Part shown: positions 32,945 to 43,135 of the stretch, piece by piece
Layout: each line of letters opens with the position of its first letter
How positions within the stretch are numbered: the stretch's first letter is position 1
Assembly: GCA_964291265.2 (NCBI GenBank)
Contig: OZ219747.1
Coordinates: forward strand, 2,720,001 to 2,784,000
Length of the DNA stretch: 64,000 bases
Direction of reading: 5' to 3'
Source of the DNA: Alphaproteobacteria bacterium
GTDB lineage: Bacteria; Pseudomonadota; Alphaproteobacteria; SP197
Program-made: the position numbers and the translations under genes
Notes under the pieces: model-generated
Told to the model about the DNA's origin: nothing
Seen by the model: only the letters and a program-made list of their open reading frames with translations
The model's database searches: none

Positions 32945-33664
32945 ATGACAGGTCGACTTATCCTGATCGGCACACCGATCGGCAATCTCGGTGACCTGTC
33001 GCCGCGCGCCCGGGACGCCCTGGGTTCGCTCGACGCCCTGGCCTGCGAGGATACCCGCCGCACGCGCACGATCCTTGAGCGTTTCGGAATCGCCCGTCCA
33101 CGCATCGTGTTGTCGTGCCACGAATACAACGAGGAACGTTCCGTCGACCGCATGGAGCGACTTCTCGACGAGGGGCTGACGGTCGGACTGGTAAGCGATG
33201 CCGGCATGCCGGGCATCAGCGATCCGGGCTATCTCGCGGTACGGATGGCAACGCGGCGCGGCTACCCGGTCGAGGTCATCCCCGGGCCCAGTGCCGTCAT
33301 CACGGCCCTGGCCGTATCAGGCCTTCCCATGTCGAGTTTTTCATTTCTCGGCTTTGCGCCCCGCAAGACAGCGAGGCGCCGCAGATTCCTGGAACCCCTA
33401 TCCGGGCTGGAGCCGACTCTCGTCCTCTTCGAATCGCCCCGGCGTCTGGGTGGCCTGCTTGCCGACGCCCTGGTGGTGCTCGGCGACCGCCGCGCCTCGG
33501 TGTCGATCGAACTCACCAAGATGTTCGAGGGAACCGAACGCGGCTGGCTCGCCGATCTCGCGGATCACTTCGCCGCGACGGTTCCGAAGGGGGAAGTCAC
33601 CGTGGTCATCGCCGGCAACAACGGGAAGTTCATCCGCACCGAGGGAAGTCAGGGACAGGGATAG
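32945..33664 (+). CDS. rsmI: 16S rRNA (cytidine1402-2'-O)-methyltransferase
   Basis: GTPIGNLGDLSPRA, CEDTR, VSDAGMPGISDPG, FESPRR and ELTKMFE. Confidence 0.95.
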   Translation: MTGRLILIGTPIGNLGDLSPRARDALGSLDALACEDTRRTRTILERFGIARPRIVLSCHEYNEERSVDRMERLLDEGLTVGLVSDAGMPGISDPGYLAVRMATRRGYPVEVIPGPSAVITALAVSGLPMSSFSFLGFAPRKTARRRRFLEPLSGLEPTLVLFESPRRLGGLLADALVVLGDRRASVSIELTKMFEGTERGWLADLADHFAATVPKGEVTVVIAGNNGKFIRTEGSQGQG

Positions 33665-34692
33665 GTGTAGCGGCGGTGGGTTTCCTCGATGGCCTCGACC
33701 AGCTCTTCGGGCAGTTCGACATCGACGCTGGCAAGGTCGTTTGCGAGCTGTTCCTCGTTCATCGCTCCGATGATGGTCGAGGTCGTGAAGGGCTGCCGGT
33801 TGACCCAGGCCAGCGCCATGATGCCGGGATCGAGGTCGAAGCGGCGCGCCAGATCGACGTAGGCGCGGATCGCCGGTTCGGCGTTGGGCGGTCCGAGATA
33901 GCGCCGGTTCGAAGGATACATGGTCATGCGGGCGCCGGCCGGCCGGGCGCCATCGAGGTACTTGCCCGAGAGGGCCCCGGCCGCCATGGGTGCGTAGGCG
34001 AGAAGCCCGACCTGTTCATGCCGCGTGATCTCGGCGCACCCGGCCTCGAACGACCTGTTGAGCAGGCTGTAGGGATTCTGGTTCGACACGATGCGCGGCA
34101 GCCCCAGGGTCTCGGAGAGATGGAGGAAGCGCATGGTGCCCCAGGGCGTCTCGTTGGAGATGCCGATGAATCGCACCTTGCCAGCCTTCACGATACCGTC
34201 GAGGGCCTCCAGGGCCTCCTCGAGAGGTGTCCAGTCATCGGTCTCGCAATAGCGGTATCCCAGGCGCCCGAAGAAGGTCGTGGGTCGTTCCGGCCAGTGA
34301 AGCTGGTAGAGATCCACGTAGTCGGTCTGCAGGCGCCGGAGACTGGCATCGATGGCCCGCTCGACATGCCATCTCGTAAAGCGCGGCTTGCCATCGCGGA
34401 TGTAGGAGAAGTGATCGCCCGGCCCGGCAATCTTCGAGGCGAGGATCACCCGGTCGCGGTTGGTCCGGCCCTTCAGCCATGTGCCGATGACCTCCTCGCT
34501 TCTGCCGTAGTGCTCGGCGCTTGACGGCACCGCATACATCTCGGCGGTATCGATGAAATTCACGCCGTGTTCGAAGGCCTGGTCCATCTGCCGGTGACCC
34601 TCGGCCTCGGTGCTGTTGCTGCCCCAGTTCATGCTGCCGAGACACAGCAGTGAGACCTCGACCCCGGTACGTCCAAGTTGCCGATACTTCAT
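33649..34692 (-). CDS. Aldo/keto reductase, Tas-like
   Basis: MKYRQLGRTG, FIDTAEMY, DLYQLHWP, ISNETPWG and QNPYSLLNR. Confidence 0.92.
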   Translation of the reverse strand: MKYRQLGRTGVEVSLLCLGSMNWGSNSTEAEGHRQMDQAFEHGVNFIDTAEMYAVPSSAEHYGRSEEVIGTWLKGRTNRDRVILASKIAGPGDHFSYIRDGKPRFTRWHVERAIDASLRRLQTDYVDLYQLHWPERPTTFFGRLGYRYCETDDWTPLEEALEALDGIVKAGKVRFIGISNETPWGTMRFLHLSETLGLPRIVSNQNPYSLLNRSFEAGCAEITRHEQVGLLAYAPMAAGALSGKYLDGARPAGARMTMYPSNRRYLGPPNAEPAIRAYVDLARRFDLDPGIMALAWVNRQPFTTSTIIGAMNEEQLANDLASVDVELPEELVEAIEETHRRYTYPCP

Positions 34693-35319
34693 GCTGACCG
34701 GATTTCCTTCCCTGATGCGGGCGTCATCATGGACCGGGCTCCCCGCACCGTCCACCACCGCCGCGCAATCGGGAGGCCCACCAGGGGCACGGCATGGCAC
34801 ATCGATGTTGGCGAGGACGGGAATGTGCCACGCGTGATGTCGATGCCCCTCTCCGCCGAGGCCTCGTTCGAGACCTTCGACAAGGGACAAGGGGCGCATC
34901 GAGCGTGAGCCACCGTGCCGTGCTCGACATCTCCGGCGCTCACGTGACGACTGTGCCGCTCACCGCGGTTGCCGCCAGGCCGCCTGCCTGGAGCGTGAAC
35001 GCGAGGTCCGCAAGGCGCGAGAGCGCAGCCTCCGGTCAACCCGGTGCCTCGCCTCACCCGGTCTCGAACGCGCCGGACCGGGGGTGCTTCCGGCGCTCGC
35101 CGAACGACCATCGGGTCATGGAGAGTCGCCCTCGCTGCGGACGCGACGTTGCCCGCGACAGGAACCGCTGCAGGGTCCATGTCATCTGCCGCGCCACCTC
35201 TCCCGCCTGACGAACGCCGCCATCGCCATCGTTCGCTCACGGCGGATGCTTGAGCTCCGTGTCCGCGACAACCGGCATGACGCCGCCCGCACCCGGGACG
35301 CACGCGACGCGATCCTTGC

Positions 35320-35705
35320 CCGAAGTTCCAGCACCGATCAGACGTATCGTTATGAATGTATTGACGTTTGGGAGAATCTGGTGTGTCGCTACTGGGAACG
35401 CTAGAGGCGCACGCCGAGGTGGTTCAGGGCCTCTTTCTGGAGCGTCGTGGGCCGCATGGTGACCTGGAAGGGCCGCGGGGTTTCGACTTTCTTCATGGGC
35501 CAGGAGGAGAGATTGTTGGCGGGGGGCTCATGCGGTTGGGGACGATGTCTGTGTACATGGCAACGTATATGAGGGCGACAGCCGCCTGTGTCAACAGAGT
35601 GTTTCACCGTTACATGGGAACTTCTGCATGTCGCTTCTGTGCGATTTTATCAGTAAGATCAACTAGTTGATGTGGTTGTAGCGCTGGAATCGTCCGGAAC
35701 TTCGG
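35320..35705 (-). mobile_element. 386-bp IS1634-derived MITE, copy 1
   Basis: TIRs CCGAAGTTCC / GGAACTTCGG; 6-bp TSD CCTTGC; keeps only the transposase start (MYTDIVPNRMSPP) and end (RPTTLQKEALNHLGVRL*). Confidence 0.88.
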
Positions 35706-35920
35706 CCTTGCCTTGCCCGGAGGATGAATTGCCACTCCTCACCCCTGAGCGATGCGCCGGGAAGGCGCCGCCGGACGGCGCGACAAGGTGAGCCGTGCCC
35801 GAGCAGCCCTGATGCACCAGAAGTTGCCGCTGACAGCGGCACGCAGGGAACCCCGGGGTGCGTCTCAGGCATGCCCGATCCCTGCCAAATCAGCACTGAG
35901 GGCTCGACAACAAGATTCTG

Positions 35921-35948
35921 TTAGTGACGGCCGGAGCGCCGTCACTAA
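35921..35948. repeat. 28-bp palindrome, copy 2 (target of the adjacent IS)
   Basis: Identical to 28087-28114, preceded by AAGATTCTG. Confidence 0.9.
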
Positions 35949-37610
35949 GGGTGTGAGTTTAGTATGGCAGTTATGCGCTTAAGTTATGGGCTTAGTTCAA
36001 TTGTTTCATCTCATGCGGCCAGCGCCGGGGTGTGATGTGGGTTGATGTTGTCGTTGGCTGGTGCGTCGTCTGCCCCGATCATGGCTGTCCACGCGCTCTC
36101 GAAGCGGCCGGATTTGATGAGGGCGCGGAAGGTGAGAACGGCTTGTCCGCCGACGATGCGCCAGCGCATGCCGGAGCGCTTCATGCGCTGTGTGACGAGG
36201 GTCTTGTTGGCTGCCTCGACAACTCCCGAGCCGATGGCGATCCCCTGTTGCTTCAGTGCGTGGTAGCGCATGCGGTGGCGATGCTTGCGGAAGAAGGCCA
36301 GTTCCCTGTCGATGTCGGCTCGGCCCGCCGGCTTGGCGGTGTCGCGAAGGTGGCGCAGCGCCCGGATCACCTTGTCGATGCCGCGGGGGTCGTGACGCAG
36401 GATCTCGCGGTACTTCTCGAACCAGTGGGGCGCCGCTGCATGGTCGGCCGCCACGCGCAGATGCTCGCAGGCATGCCAGAAGTCGATCACCTCGGTTTCG
36501 GGTTCAAGACCAGAGAGGAAGGTCCAGTTGTCGGCGGCGGCGTCGGCGATGGCGCTGATCCTGATCTCGGGACGCTTGCGCCTGATATGCGCGACCTCGC
36601 TTGCCAGCTGCGCCTTCAGCGTGCACTTGCCGCGCTCGGGCATGCGGCCGAGATAGACGGTCTTCAGGCGCTCACCGTCGGCGTCGTGGAAGGAGACTGT
36701 GCCACAGGCCGCCTCGCGCCAGCAGGCCTCGCTACGGCCGTCCTCGCCGGCCCGCAGCGCCACCATGACGCCGTCGAGCGAGACCGAGGCGGTGACCGCG
36801 TCCTGCGGAATGTCCTCGGCTTCCCGGATGCCATCCAGGGCCTGCGGGCCGAGACCTTCCCAACGCTCCTGCATGGTCAGGCTCAAGCGCTGCAAGGTGC
36901 TCACAGACGGCGTCATGGCGCCGAGCTTGCCGAAGAACGCTTCCGCTTCCCGCGCCGTGCAGTGGACCATCATCATCAGCCCAAGCTGAGCCGCCGGCCG
37001 TGTCAGGTAGTCGTCGACGAGGCCCAGGCTTTCGTCCACCGGCATCAACGACCGGCGGTGCCCGCCGGTACGGTAGCGCGCACGCTGAAAGGTCACCGGG
37101 CCGAGCGAGGTCATGATCGTCTTCGGCGTCGGCGCCACACGGAACCAGTTCTGCCCGTCCCGTTCGATCCGCGGCGCACCGTCGTCCCGGGCCTCGGCAC
37201 AGGCACCCAGGATCTCGCAACCAAGCGCGTGCACGCTCTCAAGCACCCGCCGCTCCGCTTCCTCGAAGGCCTCGGCAGAGCACTCTGAACCGAGCTGTCG
37301 ATGACACACCGCGGTCACTTGCGTGACCGCTTCGACAACCCGAGGCGGCAAGCCGAGAAGATCGATGGACGCGGAAGGCCGAAGCTGTGACACTGACATG
37401 GGAGCGCTCCTGATGTTGTGGTTTCAAGCTAGCATCATATCGCATCTTGCGGTGCGGAGCGTTCCCGCATCCACCGCCAAGCCCTGCTGTCGTGACAAAA
37501 TCCGGTCCTGAAACGGGCAATTGTCACGAAACCCCGTTTTCGCCGCTCCATCGCGACCGTACAACCGTGATAAATCAATGACTTGGCTTCTCCATACGAG
37601 AACTGCACCC
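35949..37610 (-). mobile_element. ISKra4-like insertion sequence (IS256/Mutator superfamily)
   Basis: Imperfect TIRs GGGTG...GTATGG at both ends; 8-bp TSD GTCACTAA (35941-35948, 37611-37618). Confidence 0.88.
36011..37399 (-). CDS. ISKra4-like DDE transposase, intact ORF
   Basis: VSLDGVMV, IADAAADNW, IDFWHACEHL and IGSGVVEAANKTLVTQRMKRSGMRW. Confidence 0.9.
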   Translation of the reverse strand: MSVSQLRPSASIDLLGLPPRVVEAVTQVTAVCHRQLGSECSAEAFEEAERRVLESVHALGCEILGACAEARDDGAPRIERDGQNWFRVAPTPKTIMTSLGPVTFQRARYRTGGHRRSLMPVDESLGLVDDYLTRPAAQLGLMMMVHCTAREAEAFFGKLGAMTPSVSTLQRLSLTMQERWEGLGPQALDGIREAEDIPQDAVTASVSLDGVMVALRAGEDGRSEACWREAACGTVSFHDADGERLKTVYLGRMPERGKCTLKAQLASEVAHIRRKRPEIRISAIADAAADNWTFLSGLEPETEVIDFWHACEHLRVAADHAAAPHWFEKYREILRHDPRGIDKVIRALRHLRDTAKPAGRADIDRELAFFRKHRHRMRYHALKQQGIAIGSGVVEAANKTLVTQRMKRSGMRWRIVGGQAVLTFRALIKSGRFESAWTAMIGADDAPANDNINPHHTPALAA

Positions 37611-37977
37611 GTCACTAACCCGGTTCCGTCACCAAGGGGGAATGATAGTGGAATGGATTTCGCGGAAGACGAGCGCTGATGGAGAAGCACGAAGACTCCG
37701 GCGGCGGATTGAGGTCTGTCTCCCACGCCCGACGGGAAGACTGCCGTCATGGCGTTGGGCGACCGTCCCGCTGCTCTGCTCCTCGGACGATGGGCCTTGT
37801 GCTCGGTCAAAATGAGAGGTAAGACGAATGGGTACGGTAACCGGGTGTTGCCGGCTGGCCGACGGTTTCATCCGGGACACCCCGATGGAACTTGGGTGAC
37901 GCGATCTACCGGCGGTTCCTGCGATTGGTTTTCGAGTGTCGGCTGCTCGGTCCAGCAAACGAAGGGAGAAGAATCAC

Positions 37978-38187
37978 ATGGAGCGGGAATCAACACGCCG
38001 AAACTCAACGTCAGGACGCGAACAGCAGCACGCCGAAATGCTCGAGGCCGCGCTCGCTCAGCCGGGGGTTTGGGAAGTGATGGAGGTTCACCGGGGTTGG
38101 CAGGCGGCTGACCGGGGCTTAAACATCTATCGCTCCGCCACGAAAGAGGCGCGGTTGACGACTACGACGACCTCTTCCAATTTCTAA
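37978..38187 (+). CDS. Small hypothetical protein (69 aa) upstream of the protease
   Basis: GGGAGAA RBS before ATG 37978; stop 27 bp before the next gene. Confidence 0.6.
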   Translation: MERESTRRNSTSGREQQHAEMLEAALAQPGVWEVMEVHRGWQAADRGLNIYRSATKEARLTTTTTSSNF

Positions 38188-38214
38188 CGAACTGAAAGCG
38201 AGAGGGATGTCGCA

Positions 38215-39216
38215 GTGCCGATCTGGAGCCATATCCTCAAGGAACTGGAGCAAACGGATACACAGAATGGTATGGTGGATTTCGACCGTGTTCGTCGAAC
38301 TTACCTTGCCAGGTTGCATCAACATACCGGACGGAATGTGATTCTCTATGCATCCGGGTGGCTCCAAAAAAATGAGGAGGCGCCAGCACTGTTTTCCATT
38401 GGCGATGAAGATGTTCAGGCGTTCATGGAAGTCAGTTACGAATTGGAAGGCGATCAGCTTGATCTGATCCTGCACAGCCCGGGTGGTTCTCCCGAAGCGA
38501 CCGAAGCGGTTGTCTTGTATTTGAGACAGCGGTTCTCCAACATTCGTGTGATCGTGCCGCAACTTGCAATGTCCGCGGCTACAATGATTGCCTGCGCCGC
38601 CGACGACATCGTACTCGGTAAGCATTCGTTTCTCGGCCCGACCGATCCGCAGGTCTTGTTGCAGACATCCTTGGGTTTAAGGGGGGTCCCCGCTCAGGTG
38701 GTGCTGGATCAGTTTGACCGGGCGCAACGGGAGTGCGCAGACCCGGCAAAGCTCTCCGCTTGGTTGCCAATGTTGGGACAATACGGGCCGGACCTCCTGG
38801 TTCAGTGCGAGTCCGCCTTGGAAATGTCGAGGGATCTGGTGAAAACCTGGCTCGAAACTTACATGTTCAAGTGCGATAAGGATCGATCGGGGAAGGCGGA
38901 GAGTGTGGCCGAGTGGCTGGCCGGTCACGGGAACTTCAAGAGCCATTCGAGACATATTCCCCGAACAGAAATTGAGGAGCGCAAATTAGCGGTGTCTCGG
39001 CTGGAACAAGATCAGGATCTTCAGGACTTGGCGCTTTCCGTGTTTCACGCGACGACGCACACTTTCTCTGGCACTCCTGCGGCCAAAATCGTCGAGAACC
39101 ACAAGGGTCGCGCCTTCATCAAGCGTTTCGCGGTCACTCCGATGCCTGCCGTCCAGATCGGCGTCGCACAGCCAGGTCCAGGAGCACCATCGCCGCTCCC
39201 AAGTTCACCGGAATAA
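38215..39216 (+). CDS. ClpP/SppA-fold serine protease (SDH / S49-like)
   Basis: LILHSPGGS, PQLAMSAATMIACAAD, LGPTDPQ and SHSRHI. Confidence 0.85.
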   Translation: MPIWSHILKELEQTDTQNGMVDFDRVRRTYLARLHQHTGRNVILYASGWLQKNEEAPALFSIGDEDVQAFMEVSYELEGDQLDLILHSPGGSPEATEAVVLYLRQRFSNIRVIVPQLAMSAATMIACAADDIVLGKHSFLGPTDPQVLLQTSLGLRGVPAQVVLDQFDRAQRECADPAKLSAWLPMLGQYGPDLLVQCESALEMSRDLVKTWLETYMFKCDKDRSGKAESVAEWLAGHGNFKSHSRHIPRTEIEERKLAVSRLEQDQDLQDLALSVFHATTHTFSGTPAAKIVENHKGRAFIKRFAVTPMPAVQIGVAQPGPGAPSPLPSSPE

Positions 39217-39272
39217 ACGAATAGAGGGGCTCGTCAATGCCTGTCCACTGCAGGAAGTTCATTAAGAGTTTG

Positions 39273-39407
39273 ATAACTACTCACCCCTTGTTGGGGTCTG
39301 GTTGTCCGTAGTGCTCATTGAGGATGTCTACGGCCTTTTCGTCGAAGGCGATCTGGATGGCAACGGGAGGGTTGTAGCCGATTGCGTCCATGGAGGTGAG
39401 GAAGCAT
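39273..39407 (-). pseudogene. IS66-type transposase C-terminus and right-end remnant
   Basis: Minus-strand FLTSMDAIGYNPPVAIQIAF...KG* running into GGGGTGAGTAGTTAT. Confidence 0.55.
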
Positions 39408-40123
39408 CAGATGTCCTGACTTCGAGAGTGTTAGTGGTCAAGAAGCGTGAACCCCTGGCGACCGCTCAGGCGGGCTTCTCGGGCAGTTCGTAGAACATGC
39501 GGAGTTCGGTTCCTGGAAAGCGTGTGCGGGTATCGTTGAGTTCCTGCAGCAGCCAACCCTGCGATGGCGTCGTCGTCGGCGTTGCATGCGGTTCCGAGGA
39601 TGCGTATCCGGAGGATTCCCCGTTCGGGGTCGGGGAGGATATCGGCGTCGGCCTGCAGGAGTGCGCGGAGGTGTCTTCGCGGTCGCTGTTTCTTGCCCTG
39701 CTCCCTGGCCACGGCCGCCATCATCCGGGTTTCGGCGCGGTAGGCGATCATGCGCAGGATGTCGAGCCAGTGCCGTTCCCGGGACGCCAGGGCATCGAGG
39801 GCCTGATCGTCTCTGAGATCCTTGATGCGGACATGCTTCGGGGTCTCCTTGCGTTCTTGTTGCAGGGTCTTGATCCTGGCTTCGAGTGTCTCCTTCTCGG
39901 CCTGCAGTTGTCCGACTTTCCGGAGGATTGCGTTGGAGGGTTCGGGCTTGCGTTCCAGTTCGGCGATCCGGTTGCGGAGCGTGCCGAGTGCCTGCCGGCG
40001 GCGGCGCAGCTCGCGGTCCCTGTTGCGCCAGTCCGGGTTGATGACCTGTGCGTCCGGATCCTGGGGGACCAGACCGTGCACCGGCAGGGAGTCGAGGTGG
40101 AATTCTTCCCGGGCATACTTGAA
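39408..40123 (-). pseudogene. Transposase C-terminal fragment (unclassified IS) with one element end
   Basis: FKYAREEFHLDSL...LRMIAYRAET...LLQADADILPD...ELNDTRTRFPGTELRMFYEL (frameshifted); end CAGATGTCCTGAC at 39408. Confidence 0.7.
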
Positions 40124-40483
40124 GATCTCAAGGCCCAGCAGTACAGGGCCCGTCTCGTCGTCCGGATTCGGGAATTTTTCGAACACCACGATGCGCTGTG
40201 CCTGCCGACCCTGCCCGTCGCTGCCCCGGCATTCGGGGAAACGGATCTCACCGTTGGCGCAAGACGGATCTCCGCGCAGGACGCCATGACGGTGATGCCG
40301 TGGATCGCCAATCTGACCGGCCTGCCGGCAGTCTCCGTCCCCTCGGGACGCAATGCAGCGGGGCTGCCGGTTGCGCTGACCCTCATGGGCCGCCCCTTCG
40401 GGGAAGAGGCCATTCTCGACATGGCCGCAACGTTCCAGTCCGTCACGGACTGGCATACCCTCAAGCCCGGCATGGTGACATGA
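40124..40483 (+). pseudogene. Amidase (GatA-like) 3' fragment, copy 1
   Basis: LKAQQYR...LPTLPVAAP...ANLTGLPAVSVPSGRNAAGLPVALTLMGRPFGEEAIL...DWH. Confidence 0.8.
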
Positions 40484-40803
40484 CTTCCGGCTCCGCTGCA
40501 AGCGTTGTGGTGGAGAGGGCCTTTGCCCGGATGGACCGATGCCGGTGGCCAGGCAGCGCTCCGGGGCGAGTTCCCTGGCCCGGGCCAGGATGGCGACTTG
40601 CCGGTTCGCCATGCGATGGGTGGCACGGGAGTCCAAGTACATGAATCCAGACAATACAACGTCATCAAAGACTGATGATTCACACTCCGAGTCCTGCCCG
40701 CCCGCCGAGGGGAAAACGGACCTGGGAGCGAACCTCGCAGCGAGCAGAACGCTTCAGACTGGCATCACAAGAGGCTGGCATCACAAGAGGAAGGAGTGAG
40801 TCC

Positions 40804-43131
40804 GTGTCCGCATTCAAGCACATCCTGTTCAGCACAGTCCTCCTGGCACTGCTCCCCGCCTGTGGGGGTGGCGGCGGCGGTGGTGGCGGTGGCGGTGGTG
40901 GAGGTGGCGGGACCATCGATTTGGCGCCAACCGACCCGGAGTATCACCTCGGCACAGCGCGTTTCACGACTAGTCAGCCCGACGTTCTGGAACAGATCGG
41001 GGTGCACCATGCCTACGCGCTGGGCCTCACCGGGCGGGGCGTGCGCATCGGCATCGAAGACAGCATCGTTGATTACACGCAGCGCGGAGAATTCGGGAAC
41101 CGGGTCGCGTTGCGCCATGCCGACGGAGCCGACCTGGCGTATCCGCACCCCTTGGCGGAGGAGATCGGAAGCGACGTGGACCGATGCACAAGAGCCGGCA
41201 CATGCACGAGATTCCGGGACAACAGCCGGGGCGACGACGAGGCGGTCAATCTCTGGGTACGCCGGATCGTGAGTCGGGACGGTTGGCCCACGAGAGACAA
41301 TTCCGTGTTTGTGGTCGACGACCATTTCAGTGCCAGCGATCTCATCGAGGCGTTCAGTCGATGGTCCGAGGTACCGACGCCCTATGGTGACGCGGCACAT
41401 GGGACAACCGTCGCCTCGATTGCGGCCGGGACCAATCTCGGCGTCGCGCCGGGCGCAACGATCATCCCGGTTGCGGTGGACTTTGCCGCCCGACAGCAAC
41501 GGGAGACCAGCTATGCAGACGCAGTCTTGCGATCCGTGATCGCCTCGCTCCCGGACCCGGACCGTCGTGAGGTCGACAACATGCTTGCCGATACCTACCG
41601 GCAGCAGCACGCGAAGTTCGATATCATCAATCGATCCTTCAGCATCGACCTGTTCGACCCCGCCGTCATCGCGGCAGAAATCGAATCCGAGCTTCGGTGG
41701 TATCGGCAATACCTGCCAAGGACGCTCGATGCCAGCTTGCAGATAGGTACGCCGAACAGCCGAAAGACGATCATCGTTTACTCCGCCGGCAACGATGGGC
41801 AACCCTGGTCCGGACTGGGAGCGGATCTTCCCTTCTATATCCCCGAACTGCGCGGACACTCCCTGGCGGTTGTGGCGACGGACCCCAGGACGGGCACCAT
41901 TGCAGACTACTCCAACCACTGCGGTCCGGTCCCGAACGACTGGAGCGCCGCGCGGCATGGACGGCACTATTGCCTTGCCGCTCCCGGCACGGTCCGGGGT
42001 TTGGTGCCCAATCCCAATCGTCCCGGTACGGGTGATGTGACAAGCGGTCTGAGAGGAACCAGCTATTCCGCGCCTCTGGTATCCGGTTCTCTCGCATTGC
42101 TGAAAGAGCACTTCCGGGGGACGCGCGGCAACACCCAGATCGTCAAGCGCATGATCGACACCGCCGATCGGAGCGGACGGTACGCCGACATCGAGATCTA
42201 TGGTGCAGGCCATCTCGATCTTGAGGCGGCGCTGTCCCCGGTCGGTGCGCTCAGCGTCGGACGCTCGGGAGATGCGCTGAGCCGCACATCGTTCCAGGCC
42301 CCGATGGCGTTCGGTTCGGTCGCCCGGCGCGTCGGCTCAATCGAACTGGCGGCCTTCGACGAGCAGGAATTTCCGTTCTGGGTTCCTCTATCCGCGCTGA
42401 TCTCGGACGGAGCGGCGGGGCGGTCTCCGATCCCTCGATTCGAGGATGCGAAGACGTCAGCCATGCCCGCGCCGGGCCTCGAGATTCTCGACCTTCACTG
42501 GACGGGGTTGGACGGTGACGGCAATGACCAGGCATTGAACAGTGGACGCTGGGTGATGGGATTCGGCCCGACATCGGCCAGTCTCGCGCACCGACCGTTC
42601 CATGGCGGTTGGGGCTATGGCTTGAGTTTTGACGACGCCGGGCACCTGGGAGCGGAGACCTCGGGCGCGTTCGGGACGGATCCGCGATCCGGCATGGTGT
42701 GGGTTTCGCGCACCTTTCAGCAGGGACTGCACGATGACTGGACACTGAAGGCCACCGGCACGGCGGCGCTCAGCCTCCCGCAATACGAGGAAGACGCGGT
42801 GTTCCGTGCGAGCCCTTCCATGATGTCCGCGATGATGTTGCGAGTGGGCAACGAGAGCACGGGGGTCGCGGTCGAACAGCCGTTGCGAGCGGAGTCGGGG
42901 ATGGGTCGATTCCGGGTCGAGAACGGCAGGATCGAGAATGGGAAGCGGTTGTACGACGAGTTTCGTGTTCCGCTGCGTCCCGACGGGCGGGAAGTGCGCA
43001 TGACGCTGCGCCATGACTTCGCCGCCCTTGGCGGGAAGATCGCGATGGAGGTGGGCGCCGCGGTGAACGCCGGCCACGTCCAGGGCAGGCGCGCGGCAAA
43101 CGTGGGACTCGCATACCGCGCGACCTGGTGA
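40804..43131 (+). CDS. S8 subtilisin-like serine protease, lipoprotein with probable C-terminal outer-membrane beta-domain
   Basis: Lipobox LLPAC plus Gly16; triad IGIEDS / HGTTVASIAAG / GTSYSAPLVSG; ends VGLAYRATW; AAGGAG before GTG 40804. Confidence 0.88.
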   Translation: MSAFKHILFSTVLLALLPACGGGGGGGGGGGGGGGGTIDLAPTDPEYHLGTARFTTSQPDVLEQIGVHHAYALGLTGRGVRIGIEDSIVDYTQRGEFGNRVALRHADGADLAYPHPLAEEIGSDVDRCTRAGTCTRFRDNSRGDDEAVNLWVRRIVSRDGWPTRDNSVFVVDDHFSASDLIEAFSRWSEVPTPYGDAAHGTTVASIAAGTNLGVAPGATIIPVAVDFAARQQRETSYADAVLRSVIASLPDPDRREVDNMLADTYRQQHAKFDIINRSFSIDLFDPAVIAAEIESELRWYRQYLPRTLDASLQIGTPNSRKTIIVYSAGNDGQPWSGLGADLPFYIPELRGHSLAVVATDPRTGTIADYSNHCGPVPNDWSAARHGRHYCLAAPGTVRGLVPNPNRPGTGDVTSGLRGTSYSAPLVSGSLALLKEHFRGTRGNTQIVKRMIDTADRSGRYADIEIYGAGHLDLEAALSPVGALSVGRSGDALSRTSFQAPMAFGSVARRVGSIELAAFDEQEFPFWVPLSALISDGAAGRSPIPRFEDAKTSAMPAPGLEILDLHWTGLDGDGNDQALNSGRWVMGFGPTSASLAHRPFHGGWGYGLSFDDAGHLGAETSGAFGTDPRSGMVWVSRTFQQGLHDDWTLKATGTAALSLPQYEEDAVFRASPSMMSAMMLRVGNESTGVAVEQPLRAESGMGRFRVENGRIENGKRLYDEFRVPLRPDGREVRMTLRHDFAALGGKIAMEVGAAVNAGHVQGRRAANVGLAYRATW

Positions 43132-43135
43132 TCCG

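Noticed and set aside
39431-40654. Long ORFs 39431-40654 (-) and 39497-40483 (+) as real genes
   Set aside because: Each is a chimera of a transposase fragment and an amidase fragment on opposite strands
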